From assembly GCF_028368995.1 (NCBI RefSeq), contig NZ_JAQNDL010000003.1, forward strand, positions 576,001 through 640,000: 64,000 bases of DNA, given 5' to 3'. Source of the stretch: Nannocystis bainbridge. GTDB lineage: Bacteria; Myxococcota_A; Polyangia; Nannocystales; Nannocystaceae. A program made the position numbers and the translations under genes. Shown here one piece after another: positions 55,361-64,000 of this stretch. The notes beneath the pieces were generated by a model. It made no database searches. It was not told the origin of the DNA and saw only the letters and a list, made by a program, of their open reading frames with translations. How positions within the stretch are numbered: position 1 is the stretch's first letter; every line of letters starts with the position of its first letter.

Positions 55361-55867
55361 TTGCACGATAGCGCGCAGCACGCGCTCGACCTCCGATACA
55401 TGCGCGCCGCTCTGGCGATCGCCGAAGCGGCCGCGGCCGCCGGCGACGTCCCGGTCGGCGCGCTGGTCGTGCTGGACGGCGTGATCCTCGGGGTCGGCGG
55501 CAACACCCGCGAGCAGGGCGCCGACCCGACCGGCCACGCCGAGATCGTCGCCCTGCGCGAGGCGTGCGCCGCTCGCCGGCGCTGGCGCGTCGACGGCGCG
55601 ACGCTCTACGTGACCCTGGAGCCGTGTCCGATGTGCGCCGGCGCGATCGTCAACGCCCGCGTCGCCCGCCTCGTGTACGGCGCCGCCGATCCCAAGGCCG
55701 GCGCCGTCCGCTCGCTCTTCAACCTCTGCGACGACCCGCGCCTCAACCACCGCCTGGCCGTCGTCCCCGGCGTGCTCGCCGGCGAGTCGGCCGCGCTCTT
55801 GCAAGCTTTCTTCCGCCGCGCCCGCGCCCGCGATAAAACCGGGCGGGGACCGAAGACGCGTGTCTGA
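55361..55867 (+). CDS. tadA: tRNA adenosine(34) deaminase
   Basis: DVPVGA, DPTGHAE, YVTLEPCPMC, DPKAGA, LNH, LQAFF. Confidence 0.95.
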   Translation: MHDSAQHALDLRYMRAALAIAEAAAAAGDVPVGALVVLDGVILGVGGNTREQGADPTGHAEIVALREACAARRRWRVDGATLYVTLEPCPMCAGAIVNARVARLVYGAADPKAGAVRSLFNLCDDPRLNHRLAVVPGVLAGESAALLQAFFRRARARDKTGRGPKTRV

Positions 55868-56846
55868 TCTCGCCGCCGTCCAGCAGCTCCTGGCGCACGG
55901 GCGCCTCAGCGTCGACCGCTGCGAGCGCGGCCGCACCACCTTCCTCTCGCACCTCGGCGCCGCCGCCAAGTTGGTCCCCGGCGCCTGGCTCGGCCACCGC
56001 GACCTGCTCTACGCGCTCGCGCTCGCCAACCTCAGCCCGACCCAGCGCAGCAGCCTCGCCCGCGCCGTGCTCGTCGAGCACGGCCGCGAGTTCGGCGTCG
56101 GTCGCCTGTCCCTCGTGACATGTCCTTCGGGACTCCCGCACGGCGGCAGCTCGCTCCTGCTGCGCCCGCGCGGCGGCGGCCCGACCTGCCTCTACACCTG
56201 GGCGCTCGGCCCTGGCGCCGGCCTGCCCGCCTGCGAGTGGCTGCTGCTGCGCGCCCTCCCGGGCTGGGCCCTGGACGCCCCGCCGGCCCCGCTCGCCCAC
56301 GCCGGCCTGGCCACCTTGCACGCGCTCGGCATGCACGTCGAGATCCTGTGCGCCACCGCCACCTGCGCCCGCCAGATCCAGGAGCACGCGCTCGGCGACC
56401 TCCCGTTCGGCGCCCACCCGCGGTTCGCCCCGCACCTCGACGGCGTGGTCCGCCCCGGCGGCGACGAGCCGGCCACCATCCGCCTGAGCCCGCACGACGC
56501 CTTCGACCCGCGTACTTTCGGACAGGTCGCAAAGAACAGGTCCCAAGAGCCAGCCTCCGCCATCGCCCTGGTCCTCGTCGACGCACCCCTTACCGTGCGA
56601 GCCGCCGTCGATACCTGGCTCAAAGGACAGCCGGCGCGCCGCCAGGTCGAGGTCGTCGCCGCTAGCTGCCCCGGCCGCCTCGGCCGCGACGCCCTCGCCG
56701 CCCTGTGGCGCAGCGGCGGCCAGCCGCAGGTGCTCCTGCGCGGCGACCCGGCCTGGACCGCGCCCGCGCACGCGTGGCTGCAGAGCCTCGGCGCCACGGT
56801 CGCCGCCCAGCACGACGACGGCACCCAGCTCGGCCTGTTCGGCTGA
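55860..56846 (+). CDS. hypothetical protein, possibly a degenerate metallo-beta-lactamase/beta-CASP fold, ending in QLGLF
   Basis: Overlaps the tadA stop; TFLSH, PSG...GGSSLLL, LYT in the expected order; metal ligands mostly missing. Confidence 0.55.
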   Translation: MSDLAAVQQLLAHGRLSVDRCERGRTTFLSHLGAAAKLVPGAWLGHRDLLYALALANLSPTQRSSLARAVLVEHGREFGVGRLSLVTCPSGLPHGGSSLLLRPRGGGPTCLYTWALGPGAGLPACEWLLLRALPGWALDAPPAPLAHAGLATLHALGMHVEILCATATCARQIQEHALGDLPFGAHPRFAPHLDGVVRPGGDEPATIRLSPHDAFDPRTFGQVAKNRSQEPASAIALVLVDAPLTVRAAVDTWLKGQPARRQVEVVAASCPGRLGRDALAALWRSGGQPQVLLRGDPAWTAPAHAWLQSLGATVAAQHDDGTQLGLFG

Positions 56847-57262
56847 CCTCCGCGCTCCCCGTCACCTCGCAGCGGTACGGCCGCGCTCCGAGTCGTGGCG
56901 AATCGATGTCGCCCCCGCGCTCGTGCACCGCGCCGCCCAGTCCCCGCGCGATCGACCTCGCTCCGCGCCGCCGAGTCCCCGCGAACGACCTCGCCGCCCG
57001 AGCCGCGCCGCCCGATCCCGCGAACGGCTTCGCCGCCGAGTTCCATGAACACCTCGGTCGTTGCCCGGATCTCCCGTCGCCGACGCCTCGCCTCGAGCTT
57101 TGCGATTCGGCGCCCGCGCCGGCCCATGTTGCCTCGCAGCGCCTCGGAGCGGCCTCATGACGCGCTCCGCGCCCCGGGCCCGCGTGTTTTCGCGCATACC
57201 GTCGTCGCGCCGCGGCCTGGAGGCTCGCCCGGGCTTTCTCTACAATCGCCGCCAACGCGCGA

Positions 57263-59344
57263 ATGGACAACCGACCCTTGCCGCCCTGGTTGCCGCTGCT
57301 CCTCGGGCTTCTCGCCGGAATCGCCGTCCTCGGCGGTCTCGATCCTGTCTATCCCGGCGCCATCGCCTTGCTGACCGGCGCCGCCGGTTACTACATCGGC
57401 ATGCAGGCCGACAAGCAGCTCGCGCGGGCCGGCGACGAGCGGCAGGCCCTGCGTGAGGTCGAGGCGCGCAGCCACCAGTCCGAGCGCGCCCTGCACGACG
57501 CCACCGCCCACGCGCAGAGCCTCCAGACCCAGGTCCAGGAGCTCGCCGGGCGCCTGCAGAATTGCCAGGCCCACGGTCAGGAGCTCGCCGCTCGTCTGCA
57601 GGCCGACGCCCATCAGCTGCGCAACGCCGAGCTCGAGCAGCGCAGCCTCACCGCTCGCCTGCAGGAGGTCACCGCGCGCGCCCAGGAGCAGGCCGGGCGG
57701 GCCCAGGCCGCCGAGGTGCGGCTCGCCGATCTCGAGACCCGCCTGCAGGACGCCCAGTCCGAGAACCGCGCCCTGCAGCAGAGCGTGCGCGGCGGCGTGC
57801 CCGAGCTCGACGTCCTGCGCAACGAGCTCGAGACCGTGCGCCGCGGCGCCAACGAGACCCGGCACCGCCTCACCAGCGAGCTCGAGGCCTCCCGGCGCGA
57901 GCAAGAGGCCACCGCCGCCGATCTCGGGCGGATCCAGGGCCGCCTCGCCGAGGCGCTCAACCAGCGCGACGGCGCCGTGCGCGACGCCGAGGAGCTGCGG
58001 CGCATGCTCGACGAGGGCGGCCTGAGCTCCCGGGGCATCGACGCCGAGGCCACCGCGCTCATGCAGGAGCTGTCCGAGGGGCTCGGCACCACCACCGGCG
58101 CGCTCGAGGAGACCTCGCAGGCGCTCAACAACGTCAACGGCGGCCTCAAGGGCATCGCCGACAACGTCGAGCTGCTGGCCAGCAACGCCGAGGAGAGCGC
58201 CAGCTCGATCCTCGAGATGGCCGCCGCCAACGACGAGGTCGCCGAGAGCATGTTGAACCTCGCCGCCAGCGTGCAGGAGACCGCCACCTCGATCGAGGAG
58301 ATGACCTACTCGGTCAAGGAGGTCGCCAAGAACATCGAGGCGCTGAGCTCCACCGCCGAGGAGACCTCGCTGGCGATGACCGCCATGGACACCTCGATCC
58401 AGCAGGTCGAGAACAACGCCAACGAGACCGCCGGCCTGTCCGAAGAGGTGGTGTGGGCCGCCGAGGGCGGCGTCGACGCCATCAACCAGACCATCGAGGT
58501 CATCAACCTGATCAAGACCTACTCGGCCGACGGCGTGGCCGTCATCAGCCGCCTGGGCGAGCGCATCAGCGAGATCGGCAAGATCCTCAGCGTCATCGAC
58601 GACGTGTCCGAGCAGACCAACCTGCTCGCGCTCAACGCCGCCATCATCGCCGCCCAGGCCGGCGAGCACGGCAAGGGCTTCGCCGTCGTCGCCGACGAGA
58701 TCAAGGACCTCGCCGAGCGCTCCGCCAGCAGCACCAAGGAGATCGCCGACATCATCAAGGCCGTCCAGCGCGAGAGCCGGAACGCCGTCGAGGCGGTGCA
58801 GCGCTCGAGCAAGTCGGTCGACGACGGCGTGCGCGTCAGCCACCAGGCCGAGGACGCGCTCAAGCGGATCTCCGACGCCGCCCGCCGCTCCACCGGCATG
58901 GTCCGCGAGATCGCCCGCGTCGCCGTCCAGCAGACCCAGAACTCCAAGCAGGTCACCGACGCCATCAACGTCGTCGCTACCACCGTGCAGCAGGTCGCCA
59001 CCGCCACCAGCGAGCAGGCCCGCGGCGCCGAGCAGATCATGCGCTCGGCCGAGAAGATGAAGACGATCACCCGCCACGTCGAGCGCTCGACCCAGGAGCA
59101 GACCCGCGGCTCGCGCCAGATCACCCGCGCGATCGAGACGATCAGCGAGATGGTCAGCCAGCTCAGCAAGGCCCACCGGGCCCAGACCCAGGGCGCCGAC
59201 CAGATCGTCGAGGGCCTCAAGTCGGTCAAGGAGGGCATGACCTACCAGCGCAGCCTCTACGAGCAGCTCAGCTCGAGCGTCGGCGTCACCCCGCCGCGCC
59301 GCCAGCCCTCGCGCAACAGCAAGCCCGGCCCCGCGCGCATGTGA
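57263..59344 (+). CDS. methyl-accepting chemotaxis protein with two N-terminal TM segments and a long coiled coil
   Basis: [43 protein letters not shown]. Confidence 0.95.
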   Translation: MDNRPLPPWLPLLLGLLAGIAVLGGLDPVYPGAIALLTGAAGYYIGMQADKQLARAGDERQALREVEARSHQSERALHDATAHAQSLQTQVQELAGRLQNCQAHGQELAARLQADAHQLRNAELEQRSLTARLQEVTARAQEQAGRAQAAEVRLADLETRLQDAQSENRALQQSVRGGVPELDVLRNELETVRRGANETRHRLTSELEASRREQEATAADLGRIQGRLAEALNQRDGAVRDAEELRRMLDEGGLSSRGIDAEATALMQELSEGLGTTTGALEETSQALNNVNGGLKGIADNVELLASNAEESASSILEMAAANDEVAESMLNLAASVQETATSIEEMTYSVKEVAKNIEALSSTAEETSLAMTAMDTSIQQVENNANETAGLSEEVVWAAEGGVDAINQTIEVINLIKTYSADGVAVISRLGERISEIGKILSVIDDVSEQTNLLALNAAIIAAQAGEHGKGFAVVADEIKDLAERSASSTKEIADIIKAVQRESRNAVEAVQRSSKSVDDGVRVSHQAEDALKRISDAARRSTGMVREIARVAVQQTQNSKQVTDAINVVATTVQQVATATSEQARGAEQIMRSAEKMKTITRHVERSTQEQTRGSRQITRAIETISEMVSQLSKAHRAQTQGADQIVEGLKSVKEGMTYQRSLYEQLSSSVGVTPPRRQPSRNSKPGPARM

Positions 59345-59350
59345 CCTCGA

Positions 59351-59411
59351 GGGCATGTCCGCGGGGACATGCCCGTGGGGACATGCCCCTTCGCGCATGT
59401 CCCCGGGGACA
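59351..59411. repeat. 14-bp-phased palindrome array (5 units) right after the MCP stop
   Basis: Units at 59351, 59365, 59379, 59393, 59407; perfect sites at 59356 and 59398. Confidence 0.92.
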
Positions 59412-59489
59412 AGAGCCGCCTCCGTGCGGCCCCCCGCCCAGCTCTGTCCTGCCCCCCGACCCGCGCCCGCTCGCCCCGCCGCCTGCCGC

Positions 59490-60110
59490 CCGGCCCTCCG
59501 CGCGGGCCCTGTACCTCGGACCAGCTCGCCGCCCGCCGCCTGGCCCTCCGCGCGACCTGTCCCTCGGACCAGCTCGCCGCCTGCCGCTCTGGCCCTCCAC
59601 GCGGACCTGTCCCTCGGACCAGCTCGCCGCCTGCCGCCGGCCCTCTACGCGGGCCTTGGACCTCGGACCAGCTCCGCGACGCGCCGCCGGCCTTCTACGC
59701 GGGCCTTGGACCTCGGACCAGCTCCGCGACGCGCCGCCGGCCCTCTACGCGGGCCTGTCCCTCGAACCAGCTCGCCGCCTGCCGCCTGCCCCTCCGCCGG
59801 ACCCTCCGCGGACCTGTCCCTCGGACCAGCTCGCCGCCTGCCGCCTGCCTTTCTCCTCGACTCCAGCGGCCCATCGGGTAGCTGTCGCTCAGTCGCGGAC
59901 CTGTCCCTCGGACCAGCTCGCCGCCTGCCGCCTGCCTTTCTCCGCGGACCTGTCCCTCGGACCAGCTCGCCGCCTGCCTCTCTACGCGGACCTGTCCCTC
60001 CGGCCAGCCTCGCTGCCTGCTCCTCCGCGTAAACCTGTCCCTCGGACCAGCCTCACCGCCTGCCCTTCCGCGCCGACCTGTCCCTTGGACCAGCCTCGCC
60101 GCCTGCCCCT
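59490..60110. repeat. minisatellite of about 12 copies, mostly 43-50 bp apart
   Basis: Core GGACCTGTCCCTCGGACCAGCTCGCCGCCTGCC; cctcggaccagc-like core near 59514, 59562, 59612, 59661, 59711, 59760, 59819, 59906, 59954, 59997, 60040, 60083. Confidence 0.92.
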
Positions 60111-60296
60111 GACGGCTCCCTGCAGGCCGCCGGCGATCGCTCACCTGTCCGGGCGTCGCCGCGCCGGCGCGTGCGGGACGTCCCTGGCGTCCCGTGCCGG
60201 CCCGTGGAGGCCCTCGGGGCTGCCCGCGCGCTCGCCCGCGCAGACTGCGCCCCCGGCCCGCTCGCCCGCGCCGCGGGACACTGCTATGGTCTGCCG

Positions 60297-61037
60297 GTGT
60301 TCGGCATCGGCATCACCGAGATGATCCTGGTCGGGCTCGTCGCCTTGATGCTCTTCTCCCCGCGCGAGCTGCCCAGCCTGATCAAGACCCTGGCCGGCAT
60401 CTACGGCAGCATCCGCCGCACGGCCGAGCAGTTCCGGGCCCAGGTCATGGAGGCCGACGAGCTGCGCGAGCCGATCGAGGAGATCCGGGCCGCCTACCAC
60501 GGCACCAAGGCCGAGCTCGACGGGGCCCGCGACGTCGCCCGCCGCGAGCTCCAGCGCGCCCGCATGGAGGTCGTCAAGGCCCAGCAGAAGATCAACGAGA
60601 TCGCCCGCGAAGAGGCCAAGCGCCCGCCTGTCCCTGGGGACATGCTCGCCGGGACAGGTCCTTCGACGCAGGTCTCTTCGGCCAGCCAGGCCGTCGCCGC
60701 CGCCTCCGCTGCCACGGCCGCCGCCTCCGCGGCCACGGCCGCTGCCTCCGCTGCCACGGCCGCCGCTGCCGCCTCGTCCGCCGCCGCCGAGGCCCCGACC
60801 GCCACCGCCTCGACCGTCGCCGCCGAGGCTGCCCCGCGCGCCGTCCCGGCCGCCGCCACCGTCTCGACCGTCGCCGCCGAAGCCGCCCCGCGCGCCGTCC
60901 CGGTCGCCGGCACCGTCTCCTCCGCCCCGCCCGAGGCGGTCCCGCGCGCCGTCCCGGTGCCGGGCGCCGTCCCGGTCGAACCCGCCTCGCGCGTGGCCGC
61001 GCCGGGCCGCCCCGTCAACGAGCGTGACGTCGCATGA
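60297..61037 (+). CDS. tatB: twin-arginine translocase subunit TatB-like, with Ala/Pro repeat tail
   Basis: FGIGITEMILVGLVALMLFSPRELP; directly upstream of tatC with ATGA overlap. Confidence 0.85.
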   Translation: MFGIGITEMILVGLVALMLFSPRELPSLIKTLAGIYGSIRRTAEQFRAQVMEADELREPIEEIRAAYHGTKAELDGARDVARRELQRARMEVVKAQQKINEIAREEAKRPPVPGDMLAGTGPSTQVSSASQAVAAASAATAAASAATAAASAATAAAAASSAAAEAPTATASTVAAEAAPRAVPAAATVSTVAAEAAPRAVPVAGTVSSAPPEAVPRAVPVPGAVPVEPASRVAAPGRPVNERDVA

Positions 61038-61942
61038 GCGCCGCCCAGACCCCGCCCGCCTCCGCACCGCTGCCGGCCGTCGTGCCGCCGCCCTCCAACG
61101 GCCTCGACGGCCTCGCCGAGGGCCCCGAGGGCGACCAGCCGATGTCGTTCTGGGACCACATCGGCGAGCTGCGCAACCGCCTCGTCAAGGCCTTCCTCGG
61201 CCTCGTCGTCGCCTGCATCCTCTGCTTCGTCTACGCCACCGAGCTGCGCGAGTTCTTGGCCGCGCCGCTGCACACCGCCTGGGCCGCGGCCGGCATGGCC
61301 GGCAAGCCCGAGCTGCAGGTGCTGGCGATGATGGACGCCTTCATGACCGACATGCGCGTGGCGGTCGCGGCCGGCATCTTCCTCGCCGCGCCGATCGGCT
61401 TCTACCAGCTGTGGATGTTCATCGCTCCCGGCCTCTACTCGCGCGAGAAGCGGTACGTCATCCCGTTCGTGGCCACCTCGGTGCTCATGTTCGTGGCCGG
61501 CGCCGCCTTCTGCTACGTGGCAGTGCTGCCGTGGACGATCCAGTGGCTGCTCTCGTACACCCAGAGCACCAGCGGCGCCGAGACGACCGTCGCCTATCAC
61601 CTGACGCTCAACGACTACATCCGCGACGCCACCAAGATCCTGGTCGCCTTCGGCGCCGTGTTCGAGTTCCCGCTGCTGATCGCCTTCCTCAGCTTCGCCG
61701 GCGTGCTCAGCCACCGCGGCCTGCTGCGGTTCTGGAAGATCTCGGTCATCGCCATCTTCGTCATCGCCGCCGTGCTCACCCCGCCCGAGCCGGTCTCGCA
61801 GCTGATGATGGCCTTCCCGATGGTCGGGCTGTTCTTCCTCAGCGTCGGCGTCTCGTACCTGATCACGCGCAGCCGTGAACGCGCCGCCGGCCTCGTCACC
61901 CCCGAGCCGGTCCCGCCCGCGCCCGACGATCCCGAGGCCTGA
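61034..61942 (+). CDS. tatC: twin-arginine translocase subunit TatC
   Basis: MSFWDHIGELRNRL, YQLWMFIAPGLYSREK, FEFP, AAVLTPPEPVSQ. Confidence 0.96.
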   Translation: MSAAQTPPASAPLPAVVPPPSNGLDGLAEGPEGDQPMSFWDHIGELRNRLVKAFLGLVVACILCFVYATELREFLAAPLHTAWAAAGMAGKPELQVLAMMDAFMTDMRVAVAAGIFLAAPIGFYQLWMFIAPGLYSREKRYVIPFVATSVLMFVAGAAFCYVAVLPWTIQWLLSYTQSTSGAETTVAYHLTLNDYIRDATKILVAFGAVFEFPLLIAFLSFAGVLSHRGLLRFWKISVIAIFVIAAVLTPPEPVSQLMMAFPMVGLFFLSVGVSYLITRSRERAAGLVTPEPVPPAPDDPEA

Positions 61943-62358
61943 CCCTCGTCGCCTGGCCGCACCTCGCGGCGCATGCCTCGCGCCGCAACCGTAGCGGCGA
62001 ATCCGAGATCGGGTGAGCCCAGCGCGGCGCGACCGTGATGTCGACGATCGAGCCGCGCGCGAGGTCGTCGCTGACGACGCCTCGGCGGCCCGAGGTCGGC
62101 CGATCCCGCCGCTCACGTCACCACGCGTCAGGCTGCCGTCACGTCGGCGCTCCGTACGGATCGCGGATGCACGCCGCCGTCCGTCCGCCGGGCGCTGGCC
62201 TCGCCGCCTCGACCGACCTCGCGGCGCGGCCCGGCGGCGCGCTCCGGCGAGGTCGCGGGCCTTCGGGTCTGCGAGGCGAGTTTGCGCAATTTTTTGCGGT
62301 CTCCCGCGTCGGCCAAAACCTTCCCCGCGGCGCGCAACTCGCCTATTCTTTGCGCCCC

Positions 62359-63321
62359 ATGTTCCAGCTTCGCTTCTCGCCGCTCCTGGCCGTGTTCCTC
62401 GCCGTACCTGTGCTCCTGTCCGCCTGCGTGTGCGGCCCCGGGCCCAACGTGGGCGGTTACGACGACCCCTCCGGCAAAGACCCGCCGCGCTCGCTCCAGG
62501 GCGTCAAGTTCATCGAGAGCGAGAAGGGCGAGCCCGAGGTCATCGGCTGCGCCGACGGCCAGCGCGAGGGCTTCGCCGACCTCACCCGGCACAAGCGGGT
62601 CGCCGGCTGCCTCGCCACCTGGGAGGGCACCAAGAGCCTGCGCGACAAGCCGACCGGCAAGGTCTGCGGCGACGACAAGGGCGTCTGCACCTCGCCCGCC
62701 GACGCCTGCTCCAAGGGCTGGCACGTGTGCGGCTACCAGGGCAAGCACGAGGACCTCAAGCGGCACACCACCGCCAACGCCTGCAACAAAGAGGCGGGCC
62801 CCGGCAAGTTCGTCGCTGCCATGAGCCACGGTCAGACCGAGGACCTGTGCCCGCCGCCGCCGACCGCCGAGACCGTGTTCCCGTGCATGGACTCGGGCAT
62901 CTGCTCCGAGCCGGTCTGCTGCGGTGACGGCTGCGCGTTCGGCAAGTGCCGCGACGCCATCTGGCGCGGCCAGACCAAGATCTCGCTCGGCAAGGCCGAG
63001 GGCTGCGGCTCGGTCACCTCCGAGCGCAACGGCGGCATCCTGTGCTGCTACGACGGCGACGGCGACCCCGCCGCGGCCGCTGGCGGCGAGACCCCGCCCG
63101 CCGGCGCCGACCCGACCACCCCGCCCGCCGGCACCGACCCGGGCACGCCGCCGACCGGCGCCGCTCCGACCGGCACCCTGCCGACCGGCGCCCCGGCTGG
63201 CGCCGCTCCGACCGGCACCACCCCGGCCCCGTCGACCGCCACGCCCACCGACCTCACCGTCCCGACCGGCGGCCCCGCTCCGACCCCCGGCACCAGCGCC
63301 AAGAAGCCCGGCTCCAAGTAG
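62359..63321 (+). CDS. Cys-rich lipoprotein with Pro/Thr tail
   Basis: Lipobox LSAC; GCADGQREGF, CSKGWHVC, GGILCC. Confidence 0.82.
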   Translation: MFQLRFSPLLAVFLAVPVLLSACVCGPGPNVGGYDDPSGKDPPRSLQGVKFIESEKGEPEVIGCADGQREGFADLTRHKRVAGCLATWEGTKSLRDKPTGKVCGDDKGVCTSPADACSKGWHVCGYQGKHEDLKRHTTANACNKEAGPGKFVAAMSHGQTEDLCPPPPTAETVFPCMDSGICSEPVCCGDGCAFGKCRDAIWRGQTKISLGKAEGCGSVTSERNGGILCCYDGDGDPAAAAGGETPPAGADPTTPPAGTDPGTPPTGAAPTGTLPTGAPAGAAPTGTTPAPSTATPTDLTVPTGGPAPTPGTSAKKPGSK

Positions 63322-63353
63322 CCGACCTCGCGGCCTGCCGCGCCTGACTCGAG

Positions 63354-63432
63354 GGACATGCCCACCCGGGCATGTCCCTTTTCGCATGTCCTCGCGAACA
63401 TGTTCGCGAGAACATGTCCGAACCGCCATGCG
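63354..63432. repeat. 14-bp-phased palindrome array (6 units)
   Basis: Units at 63354, 63368, 63382, 63396, 63410, 63424. Confidence 0.92.
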
Positions 63433-63456
63433 CTGCAGGCCTTGAACTGCCGCCCG

Positions 63457-63589
63457 GACCTGTCCGCAGAGCCAGCCGACAACCCGAACTCCCGCCTTCG
63501 ACCTGTCCGCAGAGCCAGCCGACGCCCTCGCGCCGACCCGATGAGCCCCCGCGCCCGACCTGTCCGCAGAGCCAGCCGACGCCCTCGCG
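63457..63589. repeat. three copies of GACCTGTCCGCAGAGCCAGCCGAC
   Basis: Copies start at 63457, 63500, 63557. Confidence 0.85.
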
Positions 63590-63652
63590 TCGAGCTCGAT
63601 CCTCTGACCTGCCCCCGAGGACAGCCAGCCGCGAGATGCCCCGTGCAGCGCT

Positions 63653-63967
63653 TCAGGCCGCGATCTCGCCGCTGCGCACGCCGCTGACGTAGTGACCGAG
63701 CGCGTGCAGCTCCGGCCGCATCACCTCCATCACCGGCGACGTCGTCACGTCCGTCGCGTGCCCCCAGAACTGCAGGCGGCGCCCGATCCACTCCGCGTCC
63801 GCGCCGACCGGCGGCAGCTGGACCGCGCGCAGGCGCAGGGCCGCGTGGCATCGCAGCCACGCGCCGGTGCTGCGGTCGCGCACGCCCACGCACTCGTCGG
63901 CCCGCAGGTGATACTCCGTGTGCTTGGTCGCAAACACGCGATGACGGCGGCGGTTCTTCGGGTTCAT
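63653..63967 (-). CDS. small hypothetical protein
   Basis: RHRVFATKHTEYHL...CVGVRDR..G.W...TTSPV pattern that I recall from myxobacterial hypothetical proteins (not searched). Confidence 0.7.
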   Translation of the reverse strand: MNPKNRRRHRVFATKHTEYHLRADECVGVRDRSTGAWLRCHAALRLRAVQLPPVGADAEWIGRRLQFWGHATDVTTSPVMEVMRPELHALGHYVSGVRSGEIAA

Positions 63968-64000
63968 GCGACGGAGCGTGCCAAACCCGCCTGCCGCACC

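Noticed and set aside
59490-60110. CRISPR array
   Set aside because: Inter-repeat segments are short and related to one another, repeats are degenerate, and there are no cas genes; this is a minisatellite
59355-60144. Repeat-protein ORFs over the minisatellite
   Set aside because: Open in several frames only because the repeat lacks stop codons; no RBS or codon bias
63457-63589. Mini-CRISPR
   Set aside because: Only 3 copies, spacers of 19 and 33 bp, identity extends beyond the repeat in copies 2-3, and there is no leader or cas gene

Overview
GC-rich (roughly 72-74% by eye) myxobacterial chromosomal segment, probably Nannocystaceae. This is inferred from the MYXO-CTERM-like tails, DUF4215-type Cys repeat, ADYC protein and many Thr-rich-linker lipoproteins. 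It carries housekeeping genes (purL/purQ, leuS, tadA, tatB/tatC, tRNA-Ser(GCT), tRNA-Arg(ACG)), many secreted or surface proteins, a caspase-family lipoprotein operon, a NatAB-like ABC exporter, three regulators (two TetR, one AraC) and an orphan chemoreceptor. I saw no transposases, integrases or CRISPR array. The strongest unexplained signal is a highly iterated 14-bp gapped palindrome, TGYCY-N4-RGRCA (best form TGTCC-N4-GGACA). It is polymerised head-to-tail with a 14-bp period in about 18 arrays that lie mainly just downstream of stop codons. It is absent from divergent promoter regions and is also written into coding sequences. This suggests an undescribed chromosome-wide protein-binding or transcript-3'-end system. 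All calls are by eye, with no database searches run.
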